DNA of 59,279 nt, counting the filler. It is 2 parts of 2 records of this genome, joined end to end, with 100 filler letters (N's around TTAATTAATTAA, not from the genome) between each part and the next. Parts side by side here need not be neighbours in the genome. Positions count along the whole stretch, not along the records: positions 27,509 to 59,279 come from DRR378314_2379; 1 more part is not named here. One strand, 5' to 3'. The notes under the pieces were generated by a model, which was not told where the DNA came from, made no database searches, and saw nothing but the letters and a program-made list of their open reading frames with translations. A program made the translations under genes and the position numbers. Shown one piece after another: positions 49,878 through 59,279 of this stretch (its first letter is position 1; every line of letters starts with the position of its first letter).

Positions 49878-51536
49878 ATGCATACTATGAGTTTGAACAG
49901 TCGCAATTTTGGCAAGGTTTCAGGGAGCAGATGGCGCGCAGCTAATCTATGTACGAAGTTGGTTGCCTCCGTTTTGGCAATAGGGTTCGCCTCCTGTGGC
50001 GCAGCACAGGAAGCGACACATCCAGATCCTGCTTCTTACGGACTGGATCCAGAAACAGGTGTCTTTACGCACCCAGAGGCCGCGCCCTTTTATGCCTATA
50101 GCGGTCCACGTCGGTTTGAGGGCAGCTTGGAAGCGCTTGATGACAAGACATATATCAAGAACATGAAGGTAGAGGCGCAATGGCCCATCGTGGTCAAGCC
50201 GGGCCATTCCTGGCAGCATACCGTCGACATGGATGGTAGCCGTTATATGATCCACTACTATCGCCACATTCTCAAGATCTACGATATTACAAACCCCAAG
50301 GAACTCGAGATCATTCTTGAAAAAACCTATGAAGATGGTGAGTGGTTTGGGGCGGCGTCGATTGCCTTTAACGAAGAACTACAAAAATGGATTATGATCC
50401 AATCTTTCGAGGTTCCACGCTCGATCGGCGGGTTGAAGGGCAAGAAATATGACAGCCCGGAAGCCGTCGAAGCGATCAAAAACGCCAAGGCGTTTCGTGG
50501 CGTGCGTATCTATGAAATGGATAGCATTACAGAGTGGACACAGATCGCTGAAATCAGCACCAACACCCTGAACCCGCATGGCACGAAACAGGAAGGGTCC
50601 GGTGCGCTTGATGTTCCGAACTATAATGGCGGCAAATATGCTTTCATCACCGCGGCCCCTGACAATACATTCACCAATATTGAGTATCCGAACTATATCT
50701 ACTCGCCTGCTCAGATGATCCTTGATGTTGAAGACCCCTATAATCCGAAATGGGTCTCCACATGGTGGGTGCCGGGGCAACGCTTGGGCGAGGAAAAGCA
50801 GTATAAGGAATGGCGACAGTACGGAAATCGTGTTTCCTGGACTGGTGCGCGTTTGCCCATATCTACCCCCGTTCCATTGGATGAAGGTGGCAAATATGGC
50901 TACACGGTTATGGGTGGATTAGGCTTTCATGTTCTTGATCTTGAAGATCCCGCCAATCCCACTGCCCTGGGAAGCATAGATTTGCCGGTGAACGTAGGTG
51001 GTGTTGAAGGGGACAACATCGATGTCACACGGGTTGAATCGCGTGGTATCGTTTTGGCGAATGGCTATCCCATGAACGAAGATTGTTACGAGCCCTACAA
51101 GGATATTTACGTAATTGATGTGAGTACGCCGGATGCACCCGAGATTATTTCGACCTTGCCGCGTCCCACCCCACCGAAAGAGGCGGCCTTCACTGATTTT
51201 TGCCAGCGTCTGGGTAAGTTTGGCCCCAAACGGCCCACACCGTTCTTTGCGCCGGGGGAAGCGGATGAAAACCTTGCGATTTACCCGTTCAACAACGCTG
51301 GCGTTCAGATCTTTGATATCACCGACCCCATGAATGCGACGATTGCGGGATATTTCATCCCGCCGATGACGGATGATCTGAATGATCCACGATCCTACAT
51401 TACGCCGGTCGAAAGCATTTTTGTTGAATGGGACAGAAACCTTATCTGGGCCTTCGCGAACTCGGGTATGTATCTGTTGAGTGCTGACGTGCTGGGTGAA
51501 CCCAACTTTGGCCCTGTTGACCCCATTCAAAACTGA
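49878..51536 (+). CDS. Exported LVIVD-repeat beta-propeller protein
   Basis: Repeated IYDITNP, ILDVEDPYNP, VLDLEDPANP, VIDVSTPDAP, IFDITDPMN blades; N-terminal hydrophobic stretch. Confidence 0.78.
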   Translation: MHTMSLNSRNFGKVSGSRWRAANLCTKLVASVLAIGFASCGAAQEATHPDPASYGLDPETGVFTHPEAAPFYAYSGPRRFEGSLEALDDKTYIKNMKVEAQWPIVVKPGHSWQHTVDMDGSRYMIHYYRHILKIYDITNPKELEIILEKTYEDGEWFGAASIAFNEELQKWIMIQSFEVPRSIGGLKGKKYDSPEAVEAIKNAKAFRGVRIYEMDSITEWTQIAEISTNTLNPHGTKQEGSGALDVPNYNGGKYAFITAAPDNTFTNIEYPNYIYSPAQMILDVEDPYNPKWVSTWWVPGQRLGEEKQYKEWRQYGNRVSWTGARLPISTPVPLDEGGKYGYTVMGGLGFHVLDLEDPANPTALGSIDLPVNVGGVEGDNIDVTRVESRGIVLANGYPMNEDCYEPYKDIYVIDVSTPDAPEIISTLPRPTPPKEAAFTDFCQRLGKFGPKRPTPFFAPGEADENLAIYPFNNAGVQIFDITDPMNATIAGYFIPPMTDDLNDPRSYITPVESIFVEWDRNLIWAFANSGMYLLSADVLGEPNFGPVDPIQN

Positions 51537-51570
51537 AGGGTTCGGTGAAGGTCGTACAGTCATAAACTTC

Positions 51571-51595
51571 TTGGGGGCAGCTTTGGTTGCCCCAA
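51571..51595 (+). terminator. Hairpin after the LVIVD gene
   Basis: TTGGGGGCAGC-TTTG-GTTGCCCCAA followed by AGCTTT. Confidence 0.45.
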
Positions 51596-51884
51596 AGCTT
51601 TCAGAGAGCGAGGCGTCGACGACGGTGGCCTCATTGCGGCACCGATACCGGCCAGAATACACCCAATGCATTTCTAAACTAAGCTGACAATGCAATTTCA
51701 AAGGTATGTTGCCTCCTTTGCTGCGGGTTTGAGTGTGACACGAGGGCCGCGGGGCGTGACAAAGGCGGGTGGATTGGGGTTTGATAAATCGGGTTCAGCA
51801 ATAGCAGATCATAACAAATAGCTTGCCCTGACAATTCGCCTTTGAGAGGCTCTGAATATGGAAAACTGATTTCGGGTGTGACCT

Positions 51885-52928
51885 ATGAGACTGACAGGAT
51901 TTGCTCTTTTGCTTGCAGGCACCCTGACCGCAACGGCGGCGACGGCACAGGTTAATATTACTGCTGAAACCACCAGTCCGGGCGGATCGACCTATCTGGC
52001 CACCAGCCATATGGCCGAAATTGCCGGGACAAGCGGGATCGCCAATATTCAACTGCTTGATGGGCAGACCCTGACCAACTCCTTGCAGAATGTCGCCGAG
52101 GGTAAGACCGATATTGCCAGTACCCCGCATGTTTTGCCGTTCCTGATGAGCCGTGGTGTGGGTCCTTTTGGCAAACTGGGGGCTGAACGCGGGGCGGAGC
52201 TGGCCAGCAATCTGCGGGCTGTTTACCCTTATACCTTGGGTATATTTTTCCTTTATGCCTATGACGCCAAGGGCGTATCCGGCTGGGACGGGCTTGCCGG
52301 GAAAAAGGTTTTTAACGGCCCTCCACGCGGGGGCGCTTTGACCAATGCGCGTGCAATGATCCAGATCATCACAGGATTGAAGGACGGAGAGGGGTATGAG
52401 GGGATTCAGTCCAATTGGGGGCAAGCCACGTCCATCATCAGCGGCGGAGAGCCGGACGCTGTTGTCTTGCCAGAGCTGTTTCCCAGCGGGCGGATTTCAA
52501 CCCTTGGCGCGGCAGGCCGGCTAACCGCGTGGTCGATGCCAAAGGAGGTTTACGAAAGCGAGGCGATGCAGAAATACAGTACCGCACCGGGCAGCGCGCC
52601 GTTTACCGCCCCCGTGTCAGAGCTGTCGGCAATTTTGGGTGACAACTGGCAGCTTGTGTCAGAAGACGATACCTTTCGTGCCTTTGCCACCATCGGCGGG
52701 GATGTGGTGCATAAGGATATGGATGAGCAATTGGTGTACGATCTGGTCGCGGCCTATATCGCCTCTCTGGATGCGCTGAAGGCCAAGGCCCCTTTTGGCA
52801 ATACGGTGAATTATGACAATCCGGGTCTGGGCATGTGCGGGGCCAATCCCATTACATATCACAAGGGTGCCGCACGGGCATGGGAAGACGCGGGATATGA
52901 AATCCCCGACTGTGCCAAAGACAGCTAA
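51885..52928 (+). CDS. TAXI-family TRAP solute-binding protein
   Basis: Signal peptide, TSPGGSTY, LRAVYPY, LAGKKV, YHKGAARAW. Confidence 0.85.
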   Translation: MRLTGFALLLAGTLTATAATAQVNITAETTSPGGSTYLATSHMAEIAGTSGIANIQLLDGQTLTNSLQNVAEGKTDIASTPHVLPFLMSRGVGPFGKLGAERGAELASNLRAVYPYTLGIFFLYAYDAKGVSGWDGLAGKKVFNGPPRGGALTNARAMIQIITGLKDGEGYEGIQSNWGQATSIISGGEPDAVVLPELFPSGRISTLGAAGRLTAWSMPKEVYESEAMQKYSTAPGSAPFTAPVSELSAILGDNWQLVSEDDTFRAFATIGGDVVHKDMDEQLVYDLVAAYIASLDALKAKAPFGNTVNYDNPGLGMCGANPITYHKGAARAWEDAGYEIPDCAKDS

Positions 52929-53006
52929 GCGGCGTGCGCAGAACATGGGTTGTTGCCGGTGCGGAGCCGAACCGCAATGCTGTTGAGGCCGTAGAAAGGG
53001 GATAGA

Positions 53007-55331
53007 TTGAACGCTGACAACGCCGAGCGCCCCTTGGCGGTTTTTCACAATCGCTGGCTTTATGCCCTTGCTTTGGGTTTTGTCCTACTTGGGATGATCC
53101 ACAGCACCCCCGCCATCCCCGGCTGGACAGAGCTCTGGCGCGCGCTTAGTGGCAATAACACATTGCGGGTTCGTTCCTTTGCCACCGAATGGTTCTACCC
53201 CCTTGTTTTCTTTGTGATGATGGGGATTGTTGCGCTGAACCACTCCATGTGGCGGGCATGGCGGGGCACGCCGCATGCGTGGTTTGGCCTGTTGATGGAT
53301 GTTGCGTTGGTCGGGGCGGCGGCCCTGATCTCTTTGACCTATCTGATCGAGATCGACAGTGTTTGTCTGATTGATTTGCTGAATGGAGATCGGGCGCGTC
53401 TGATTGCCCATACTCTTGAGGCAGAGATTGCCTTTGCCAGAGACTATGGTCTGCCGCTGCCGGATACCGTGGATGATCCGCAATGTGTCAGCACCACCGG
53501 GGTCTGGCTGGTGATGATCATGGGTGCCTGCATGTTGGTGTTTCTGGGATATACCGTCAGGGTCTGGGGCCTGCCGCTGGTGCTGGTGGCGCTGGCGATG
53601 GCACTTTACACCATTGGAACCGTGCTGGTGTGGTATTTTCACGGGCCTGACGACATCAATAAATATCTGATGACCAAACTCGGCGGTGAGCCACGCAGCT
53701 TTCTGGACGGTCGGCCCAATGTGCATGATGCGCTGGTGAACAACGCCTCCGGGATGTTCGGGCGGTTCATCTATGTCATCATGAACGTGGTGTTCCCCTA
53801 TATCGTATTGGGCGCGATGTTTGGTAAATCTGCGGGTGGTCGGGCGTTGATCAAACTTGCCGTGCGCTGGACACGTCATTTGCGTGGGGGACCGGCCCAT
53901 GCGGCGATTATCTCTTCTGCGATGTTTGGCACGATCACCGGCGGGCCGGTCAGCAATGTGATGTCGACCGGTGTTCTGACCATTCCGATGATGATCAAGC
54001 GCGGGTTTTCACCAACCTTTGCCGGTGGGGTGGAGGCGGCGGCATCTTCCGGCGGGGCCATTATGCCGCCAGTGATGGGGGTGGCGGCGTTTGTTCTGGC
54101 GGCAATGACGGCAACCCCTTACGGCGACGTTATTATCGCAGCGACCATTCCCGCGATTGCCTATTTCTTTTGTCTGTTCCTGACGGTGATGTTTCAGTCG
54201 CGCAAACAGGGGATCCATGCCGATGGTGCCTTGAGCGAAGATATGTTGATGTCGCGCCGCGATATTGTGCATCTGTTGCAGATTGTCCTGCCGATCCTGT
54301 TGATTCTGACGTTGCTGCTGACGCCAAAGGATGCGGTTGGCTGTGGTGTTCTTGGCTGGCTGATGGGTGTTGAAACCACTACGTTTGACGGGGTCTGCCG
54401 CGCGACGGGTCTGCCGTGGATCTTGCAGGTCTATCAGAATGCGGCAGGGGATGCGGGCGGTACCGGTTGGTGGGGTGCCGTCTTTGTGTTCCTGTTGTTG
54501 TTTCTGGACCGGGACTTTCGCAAGGCCCCGCGCAGGGCGCTGGATGCATTGGCAGAGGCGGGCATCCTTGTTTCGTCCCTCTATCTGATGTTTCTTGCGG
54601 TGACTGTGATTGATGTCTGTCTGAACTTCACCGGCCTGTCGAAGTTTGTTGCAACTGATGTGCTGCGCTTCCTGCTTGCGCTGGATCTGGGCGGGCAGGG
54701 GGCCGTGCCGTTTCAACTATTGGCCCTTGGGGTGACCATGGTGCTGGCCGTATTTCTGGGCATGGGGATGCCTGCGGTACCGGCCTATATCAATGTTGCC
54801 TTGTTGATGGGGCCGCTGTTGATTGGGCTCGGCATTGCGACGTTTACGGCGCATATGTTCATCTTTTACTTCGCGGTTGCATCGGCGATCACGCCGCCGG
54901 TTGCGCTGGCGGCATTTGCTGCGGCAACCATCAGCAAAACCGAACCGATGGCGACGGGGATCAGTGCGGTCAGATCCGGGATCGTGATGTTTTCAATCCC
55001 CTTTGTCTTTGCGTTTTATCCCGAGCTGTTGCTTGTGGAACAGGCCCTTGTCGATCCTTCCAGCCTAAGCAACGATTTTCTGCCCGGCTATGAAAACGGG
55101 GTGCAGATCCTGCCCTTGTTCGGCCTGCTGGCCCGGCTTGTATTGGCGCTGTTTCTCGTGGCCAGCGCGCTTGCGTGTTTTGACAAGGCCCCCCTTGGGC
55201 ATGGGTGGGTGATTTGTCGGCTGGCCATTGCGGTTGGGCTTTTGGCACGGCCAGAGCCTATCTATCTTGGGGCGGTTGCGGTGGGCATTGCTGTGCTTGC
55301 CCACCACAGGTTTCGAATAGTGTCGCCTTAG
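53007..55331 (+). CDS. TRAP fused permease (DctQM, TAXI-associated)
   Basis: RGGPAHAA, EAAASSGGAIMPPVMG, LGMGMP, SAITPPVALAAFAAA. Confidence 0.9.
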   Translation: MNADNAERPLAVFHNRWLYALALGFVLLGMIHSTPAIPGWTELWRALSGNNTLRVRSFATEWFYPLVFFVMMGIVALNHSMWRAWRGTPHAWFGLLMDVALVGAAALISLTYLIEIDSVCLIDLLNGDRARLIAHTLEAEIAFARDYGLPLPDTVDDPQCVSTTGVWLVMIMGACMLVFLGYTVRVWGLPLVLVALAMALYTIGTVLVWYFHGPDDINKYLMTKLGGEPRSFLDGRPNVHDALVNNASGMFGRFIYVIMNVVFPYIVLGAMFGKSAGGRALIKLAVRWTRHLRGGPAHAAIISSAMFGTITGGPVSNVMSTGVLTIPMMIKRGFSPTFAGGVEAAASSGGAIMPPVMGVAAFVLAAMTATPYGDVIIAATIPAIAYFFCLFLTVMFQSRKQGIHADGALSEDMLMSRRDIVHLLQIVLPILLILTLLLTPKDAVGCGVLGWLMGVETTTFDGVCRATGLPWILQVYQNAAGDAGGTGWWGAVFVFLLLFLDRDFRKAPRRALDALAEAGILVSSLYLMFLAVTVIDVCLNFTGLSKFVATDVLRFLLALDLGGQGAVPFQLLALGVTMVLAVFLGMGMPAVPAYINVALLMGPLLIGLGIATFTAHMFIFYFAVASAITPPVALAAFAAATISKTEPMATGISAVRSGIVMFSIPFVFAFYPELLLVEQALVDPSSLSNDFLPGYENGVQILPLFGLLARLVLALFLVASALACFDKAPLGHGWVICRLAIAVGLLARPEPIYLGAVAVGIAVLAHHRFRIVSP

Positions 55332-56125
55332 GGCTTGGCGTTGAACACAAACAGGGCTTCGCCGTTGATCTTATAATCATTGATCAATTGCGCGGCCTTG
55401 TCGGACACCAGCCAGTTTTCCAATGCAGCGGCGGCATCGGTGTTGACGTGGGGGTGGCGTTCGGGGTTAACCGGCAGATAGGCATATTGATTGAACAACA
55501 CCGGGTCACCGGCGAACAGCAGTTCAAGCCCGGCCTTATTGCCAAAGTTCAGCCAGCTCGCGCGGTCCGCCATAATATAGGCATCAAGCCCGGATGCGGT
55601 GTTCAGGCTGGCCCCCATGCCTGCCCCAACCGCCTTGTACCATGGGCCAAAGGCCGCCGGGTCAAGGGATGAAGCCTTCCACAGGGACAGCTCCTTTTTA
55701 TGGGTGCCGCTGTCATCGCCCCGGCTGACAAAGGGAGATTGGGCGCCGGCGATCAATTGCAAGGCGTCAACGGTGGTATCGCTGCCCTTGATCTTGGCCG
55801 GGTCGGCAGCAGGGCCGATCAGGACAAAGTCGTTATACATGATTTCACGACGATGGGTGCCGTGACCCGCGGCAAGAAATGCCTCTTCGGCAGGTTTGGA
55901 ATGCACAAGAATGGCGTCGACGTCGCCGGCTTCGCCCAAGCGGATCGCCTGTCCCGTACCCACGATCAGCAATTGCACCTCAAGGCCGATGTCCTCCTGG
56001 ATGACGGGCAACAGGACGTCTGACAGACCGGAGTTATTAAAGCTGGTTGTTACCGCAAGCTTCATGGTTTCAGCGTTCAGCTGTGTCGTAAAGAAAAAAA
56101 GCAGGGCAAGAACGGTACGGATCAT
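55328..56125 (-). CDS. tupA: Tungstate ABC transporter binding protein
   Basis: TTS signature (AVTTSFNNSGL), GTGQA, VHS, MYNDF, SRGDDSGTH. Confidence 0.9.
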   Translation of the reverse strand: MIRTVLALLFFFTTQLNAETMKLAVTTSFNNSGLSDVLLPVIQEDIGLEVQLLIVGTGQAIRLGEAGDVDAILVHSKPAEEAFLAAGHGTHRREIMYNDFVLIGPAADPAKIKGSDTTVDALQLIAGAQSPFVSRGDDSGTHKKELSLWKASSLDPAAFGPWYKAVGAGMGASLNTASGLDAYIMADRASWLNFGNKAGLELLFAGDPVLFNQYAYLPVNPERHPHVNTDAAAALENWLVSDKAAQLINDYKINGEALFVFNAKP

Positions 56126-56838
56126 TCGACGATATCTCCTTTGAGGAATGCCTTTGCCTCGGATGTGCGCGGGCTGTTGAAAAATTCGGAAGCAGGGCCG
56201 CTTTCATGCAGGGCACCGCCCAGCAGGAACAGGATGTTCGTGGCCAGCCGTCTGGCTTGACCGATGTCATGGGTTGTCATGATGATTTTTGTTCCCGCAG
56301 TGGCTGCGGCGGTTAAAAGGGATTCAATCTCGCGGGTAGAGCGGCCATCAAGATTGGCGCAGGGTTCATCCAGAAACAGCACCTTGGGCTGACGGATCAG
56401 CGCACGCCCCAAGGCGAGCTTTTGTTTCTCGCCACCGGACAGGCGCGGGGCGGGGGAGTCCAGCGCGTCCTGAAGGCCGATGTTGCCTGCCCATTGGTCC
56501 ACGCGGCGGGTAATCTCGGATTTTGGCAGCCCCAGAAGCTGAAGCGGATAGGACAGGTTTTGCCGTACCGACCGGCGCAGCATGATCGGGCTTTGAAAGA
56601 CATAGGCCTGTGCCTGCCGCGCCTGATCATCGGGAACCGACCATTGCACCGTTCCGCCAGAGACACGTTCAACCCCATGCAGCACCTTGAGCAGGGTGGT
56701 TTTGCCGGCACCGTTCGGGCCAATCACCATGGTGAACCCCGCGCCGCCAAGGTCAAGGTTGATCGGCCCCAGCACGGTTTTGCCGCGCCGTTTGACCACC
56801 ACATCGGCAAGGGAGACTGACATTTGCGGATCTACCAT
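56122..56838 (-). CDS. tupC: Tungstate ABC ATPase
   Basis: GPNGAGKTT, LSGGEKQK, LDEPCANLD; between tupB and tupA. Confidence 0.85.
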   Translation of the reverse strand: MVDPQMSVSLADVVVKRRGKTVLGPINLDLGGAGFTMVIGPNGAGKTTLLKVLHGVERVSGGTVQWSVPDDQARQAQAYVFQSPIMLRRSVRQNLSYPLQLLGLPKSEITRRVDQWAGNIGLQDALDSPAPRLSGGEKQKLALGRALIRQPKVLFLDEPCANLDGRSTREIESLLTAAATAGTKIIMTTHDIGQARRLATNILFLLGGALHESGPASEFFNSPRTSEAKAFLKGDIVE

Positions 56839-57536
56839 GTGCCCTCGCGTTCGGTGCGTGACAGGGCGTGAATGGTCAGGTTGACCACCAGCGCCAGCGC
56901 AATCAGGACAAAACCCAATCCAAGTGCAAGGGCAAAATCGCCCTTGCCGGTTTCCAGTGCGATTGCCGTTGTCAGCACCCGTGTCGCATGATCGATGTTG
57001 CCACCGACGATCATGATGGCACCGACCTCGCCAATGGCGCGGCCGAAGCCTGCCAGTGCAGCCGTCATCAAAGTGCGCCTGCCGTCCCAGATCAGGGTCA
57101 TCACCCGTTGGCGTTTGCTGGTGTTCAGGGAAATCAGCAGGTCATGATATTCCGCCCAAAGCTCGCGCATCGCCTGATGGGTGATGGAGGCAATCAACGG
57201 GGTGATGATAATCACTTGCGCAATGATCATCGCCGTGGGTGTGAACAACAAGCCAAGCACACCTAATGGCCCTGAACGTGACAGCAACAGGTAAACGATC
57301 AGCCCGACGACAACCGGGGGCAGACCCATCAGCGCGTTTAACGTGGCAATTGCGGTGCGGCGGAACCGGAAGCGGCGGATGGCAAGCCAGGTGCCAAAGG
57401 GCAAGGCGATGGCCGAGGCCACAACCAAGGCCGAGAGGCTGACGCGCAACGACAGCAGGGTGATTTCCACAAGGTCCGCATCAAGCGTAAAGATCAGGCG
57501 AAAAGCCGCCTGCATACCGGCCCAGATGTCGTTCAT
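56832..57536 (-). CDS. tupB: Tungstate ABC permease
   Basis: MGLPPVVVGL, SRSGPLG, FGRAIGEVGA, GGNI..TRVLTTAIALET. Confidence 0.9.
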   Translation of the reverse strand: MNDIWAGMQAAFRLIFTLDADLVEITLLSLRVSLSALVVASAIALPFGTWLAIRRFRFRRTAIATLNALMGLPPVVVGLIVYLLLSRSGPLGVLGLLFTPTAMIIAQVIIITPLIASITHQAMRELWAEYHDLLISLNTSKRQRVMTLIWDGRRTLMTAALAGFGRAIGEVGAIMIVGGNIDHATRVLTTAIALETGKGDFALALGLGFVLIALALVVNLTIHALSRTEREGTW

Positions 57537-57564
57537 TGTGGTTTCCTAACCGGCCCTGTTGGGT

Positions 57565-57693
57565 TCAGTTGTCAAGTCTTACCGAAGAGCTTGACGTGCG
57601 GTCCTGGCTGGAGAACCCGGCCTGTTTAAGAACCACATTTGAGCCGACAGCAATGACGGCTACAGCCAGAAAAGCAAGCATCATGGCTTTCAT
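57565..57693 (-). CDS. Small (42 aa) membrane/exported protein in the fdh-tup operon
   Basis: MKAMMLAFLAVAVIAVGSNVVLKQAGFSSQDRTSSSSVRLDN*; GGAGAG RBS. Missing from the ORF track. Confidence 0.65.
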   Translation of the reverse strand: MKAMMLAFLAVAVIAVGSNVVLKQAGFSSQDRTSSSSVRLDN

Positions 57694-57745
57694 CTTTGAT
57701 CTCTCCCTGCACCGTGGGGTGGAATTGATGTGTTGGTGTACATTG

Positions 57746-58939
57746 TTATTGTGCCGGTGGGGTACCTGATGTGCCCGTGTTCTTGTCCATCACCTCTTCA
57801 ACCCAGAGGGAGTGGTGTTCACGCGCCCATTGTTCTTCGACCTCGCCGCTGGTCATTGCATCCGCAGCACCTTCCATGCCGACGGTCCCGATATAGATAT
57901 GCGCCAGAATAACCGCCATCATCAGAAAGCTCATCATGGCATGCCACAGCTGGGCGTATTGCATTTCCTCATGGGGTGCCAGCACCTCGTGCAGCTCTCC
58001 CAGTCCAAGTGCGCCGGAGATACCCAATGCGTTCAGCTTGGCGAAGGTTGCGGCAAACATGTTGATCTCGAAGGGGAACAGCAGGGACAGGCCAGAGACA
58101 GAAATGGAGGTTCCCAGTACGATCACGGACCAGAAGATCATTTTTTGCCCAGCATTAAATTTTTTGGCCGGCGGGTGGCCCTTGGAAAAGATGCCGCCCC
58201 CTTTCAGCAGCCAGTTGATATCGGTGCGGTCGGGCAGGTTGTGGATGACCCACATGACAAAGACCATCACCAGCCCCAGCATAAACGCCCATGATACGTT
58301 GTTATGCACCCATTTGGAGCCGACGGCGAGGAAGGCAAAAGCCTCATGGCCGAATGCGGGGATCAGCACTTTGCGTCCGAATAGGGAGATCAGCCCGGTC
58401 AGCCCCAGCAGGATGAAGGATCCCGCCAACAGCCAATGGCCGAAACGTTCGATCATCTTGAAGCGCAGGATTTTATGGCCGGTCTTCTCACCGTCGATCG
58501 TGATGCGCCCGCGGATCAGGTAGAACAAGGCCAGCAAAACGAGCGTACCGATCAGCAGATAAGCCCCATAGGTTGCCAGCGGCCCCTCACGAAAGCGCAG
58601 CCATCTCATGCCGCCGTCCTGAATCAGAACCGTCGCCGCCGGGCCCTTGTTGGAGGCCCTCACCTCAGCGGTGTCAAACCGCAGGGCACGCCAGAGTTCA
58701 GGATCAGAAGCCCCGCCCAATGTGCCCAGCTGTTCTGCCATGCCGGCGGCGCTGTCAGGATCGCCGGTTGCCTGACTGCGGAAACTGTTGTCCACATCCT
58801 CGCCACGCTGGCGCGCCAGAATATCGTCAAGAGTCTGCGCACCGCCAGTGGCGCTGCGATCAGGCGTCGCGGCGTCTTGGGCATTTGCAGTCGAAATAAA
58901 AGACAGGGTCAGCAATAAAGCGATCAGGGCGCGCAGCAT
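57746..58939 (-). CDS. Formate dehydrogenase gamma subunit (cytochrome b) with N-terminal periplasmic extension
   Basis: ERFGHW, KWVHN, KFNAGQK, LWH...AHIYIG, WAREHHSLW. Confidence 0.92.
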   Translation of the reverse strand: MLRALIALLLTLSFISTANAQDAATPDRSATGGAQTLDDILARQRGEDVDNSFRSQATGDPDSAAGMAEQLGTLGGASDPELWRALRFDTAEVRASNKGPAATVLIQDGGMRWLRFREGPLATYGAYLLIGTLVLLALFYLIRGRITIDGEKTGHKILRFKMIERFGHWLLAGSFILLGLTGLISLFGRKVLIPAFGHEAFAFLAVGSKWVHNNVSWAFMLGLVMVFVMWVIHNLPDRTDINWLLKGGGIFSKGHPPAKKFNAGQKMIFWSVIVLGTSISVSGLSLLFPFEINMFAATFAKLNALGISGALGLGELHEVLAPHEEMQYAQLWHAMMSFLMMAVILAHIYIGTVGMEGAADAMTSGEVEEQWAREHHSLWVEEVMDKNTGTSGTPPAQ

Positions 58940-58966
58940 GTCAGATCCTTAGTGGATGTTTGTCGA

Positions 58967-58993
58967 AAAGGGCGACCCGTCGGATCGCCCTTT
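58967..58993. terminator. Intercistronic hairpin between fdh beta and gamma
   Basis: AAAGGGCGA-N9-TCGCCCTTT. Confidence 0.6.
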
Positions 58994-59020
58994 GGTGTTC
59001 ACATGGTCGGATGGTCGGTA

Positions 59021-59279
59021 TCAACCGCCTTTTTGATCGTAGGCTGTACCCCAGCCCCAGGCACCCGAACCGAAACCGCGCGCAACCACCCGCTCGCGGT
59101 AGATGCCGGAGACGACGTCACCATCACCCGCCAAAAGCGCCTTGGTTGAGCACATCTCGGCGCAGATTGGCAGTTTGCCTTCGGCGATCCGGTTGCGCCC
59201 GTATTTGGCGAATTCTGCCGTCGAGTGGTTTTCCTCGGGGCCACCGGCGCAGAAGGTACATTTGTCCATCTTGCCGCGG
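59021..59279 (-). CDS. Formate dehydrogenase iron-sulfur (beta) subunit, 5'-truncated by window end
   Basis: [13 protein letters not shown]...[10 protein letters not shown]...GAWGWGTAY. Confidence 0.92.
   Translation of the reverse strand, partial: RGKMDKCTFCAGGPEENHSTAEFAKYGRNRIAEGKLPICAEMCSTKALLAGDGDVVSGIYRERVVARGFGSGAWGWGTAYDQKGG

Overview
Rhodobacteraceae (Roseobacter-group-like) DNA made of two contigs joined by an artificial 100-nt linker (N44-TTAATTAATTAA-N44, 27409-27508). The left contig is ordinary chromosome: dusB-ntrB-ntrC-ntrY-ntrX with NtrC boxes, ispF-pgpA-cinA, amtB, hpt, two cytochrome c genes, lipA, the gene-transfer-agent regulator pair gafA/gafB, an MttB-family methyltransferase, guaA, metA, ppk2 and the 3' end of rpsI. 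The right contig is a Rep_3 (RepB-type) plasmid or chromid, with rep, a 22-bp-spaced iteron array, parA, parB and two parS palindromes. Its cargo is (i) a MarR-associated aromatic/indole catabolic cluster (peptide-type ABC importer, two phytoene-desaturase-like flavoproteins, an isatin-hydrolase-like cyclase, IorAB-like oxidoreductase), (ii) a stand-alone ispD whose ispF partner is on the chromosomal contig, (iii) a YceI-OmpA gene coupled to an exported caspase-family protease ending in a CxxCH motif, (iv) an LVIVD beta-propeller next to a TAXI-TRAP transporter, and (v) tungstate ABC plus formate dehydrogenase genes. The best candidates for undescribed biology are the caspase-CxxCH/YceI-OmpA module, the catabolic cluster and the split ispD/ispF. 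All family calls come from motif recognition by eye; no database search was run.
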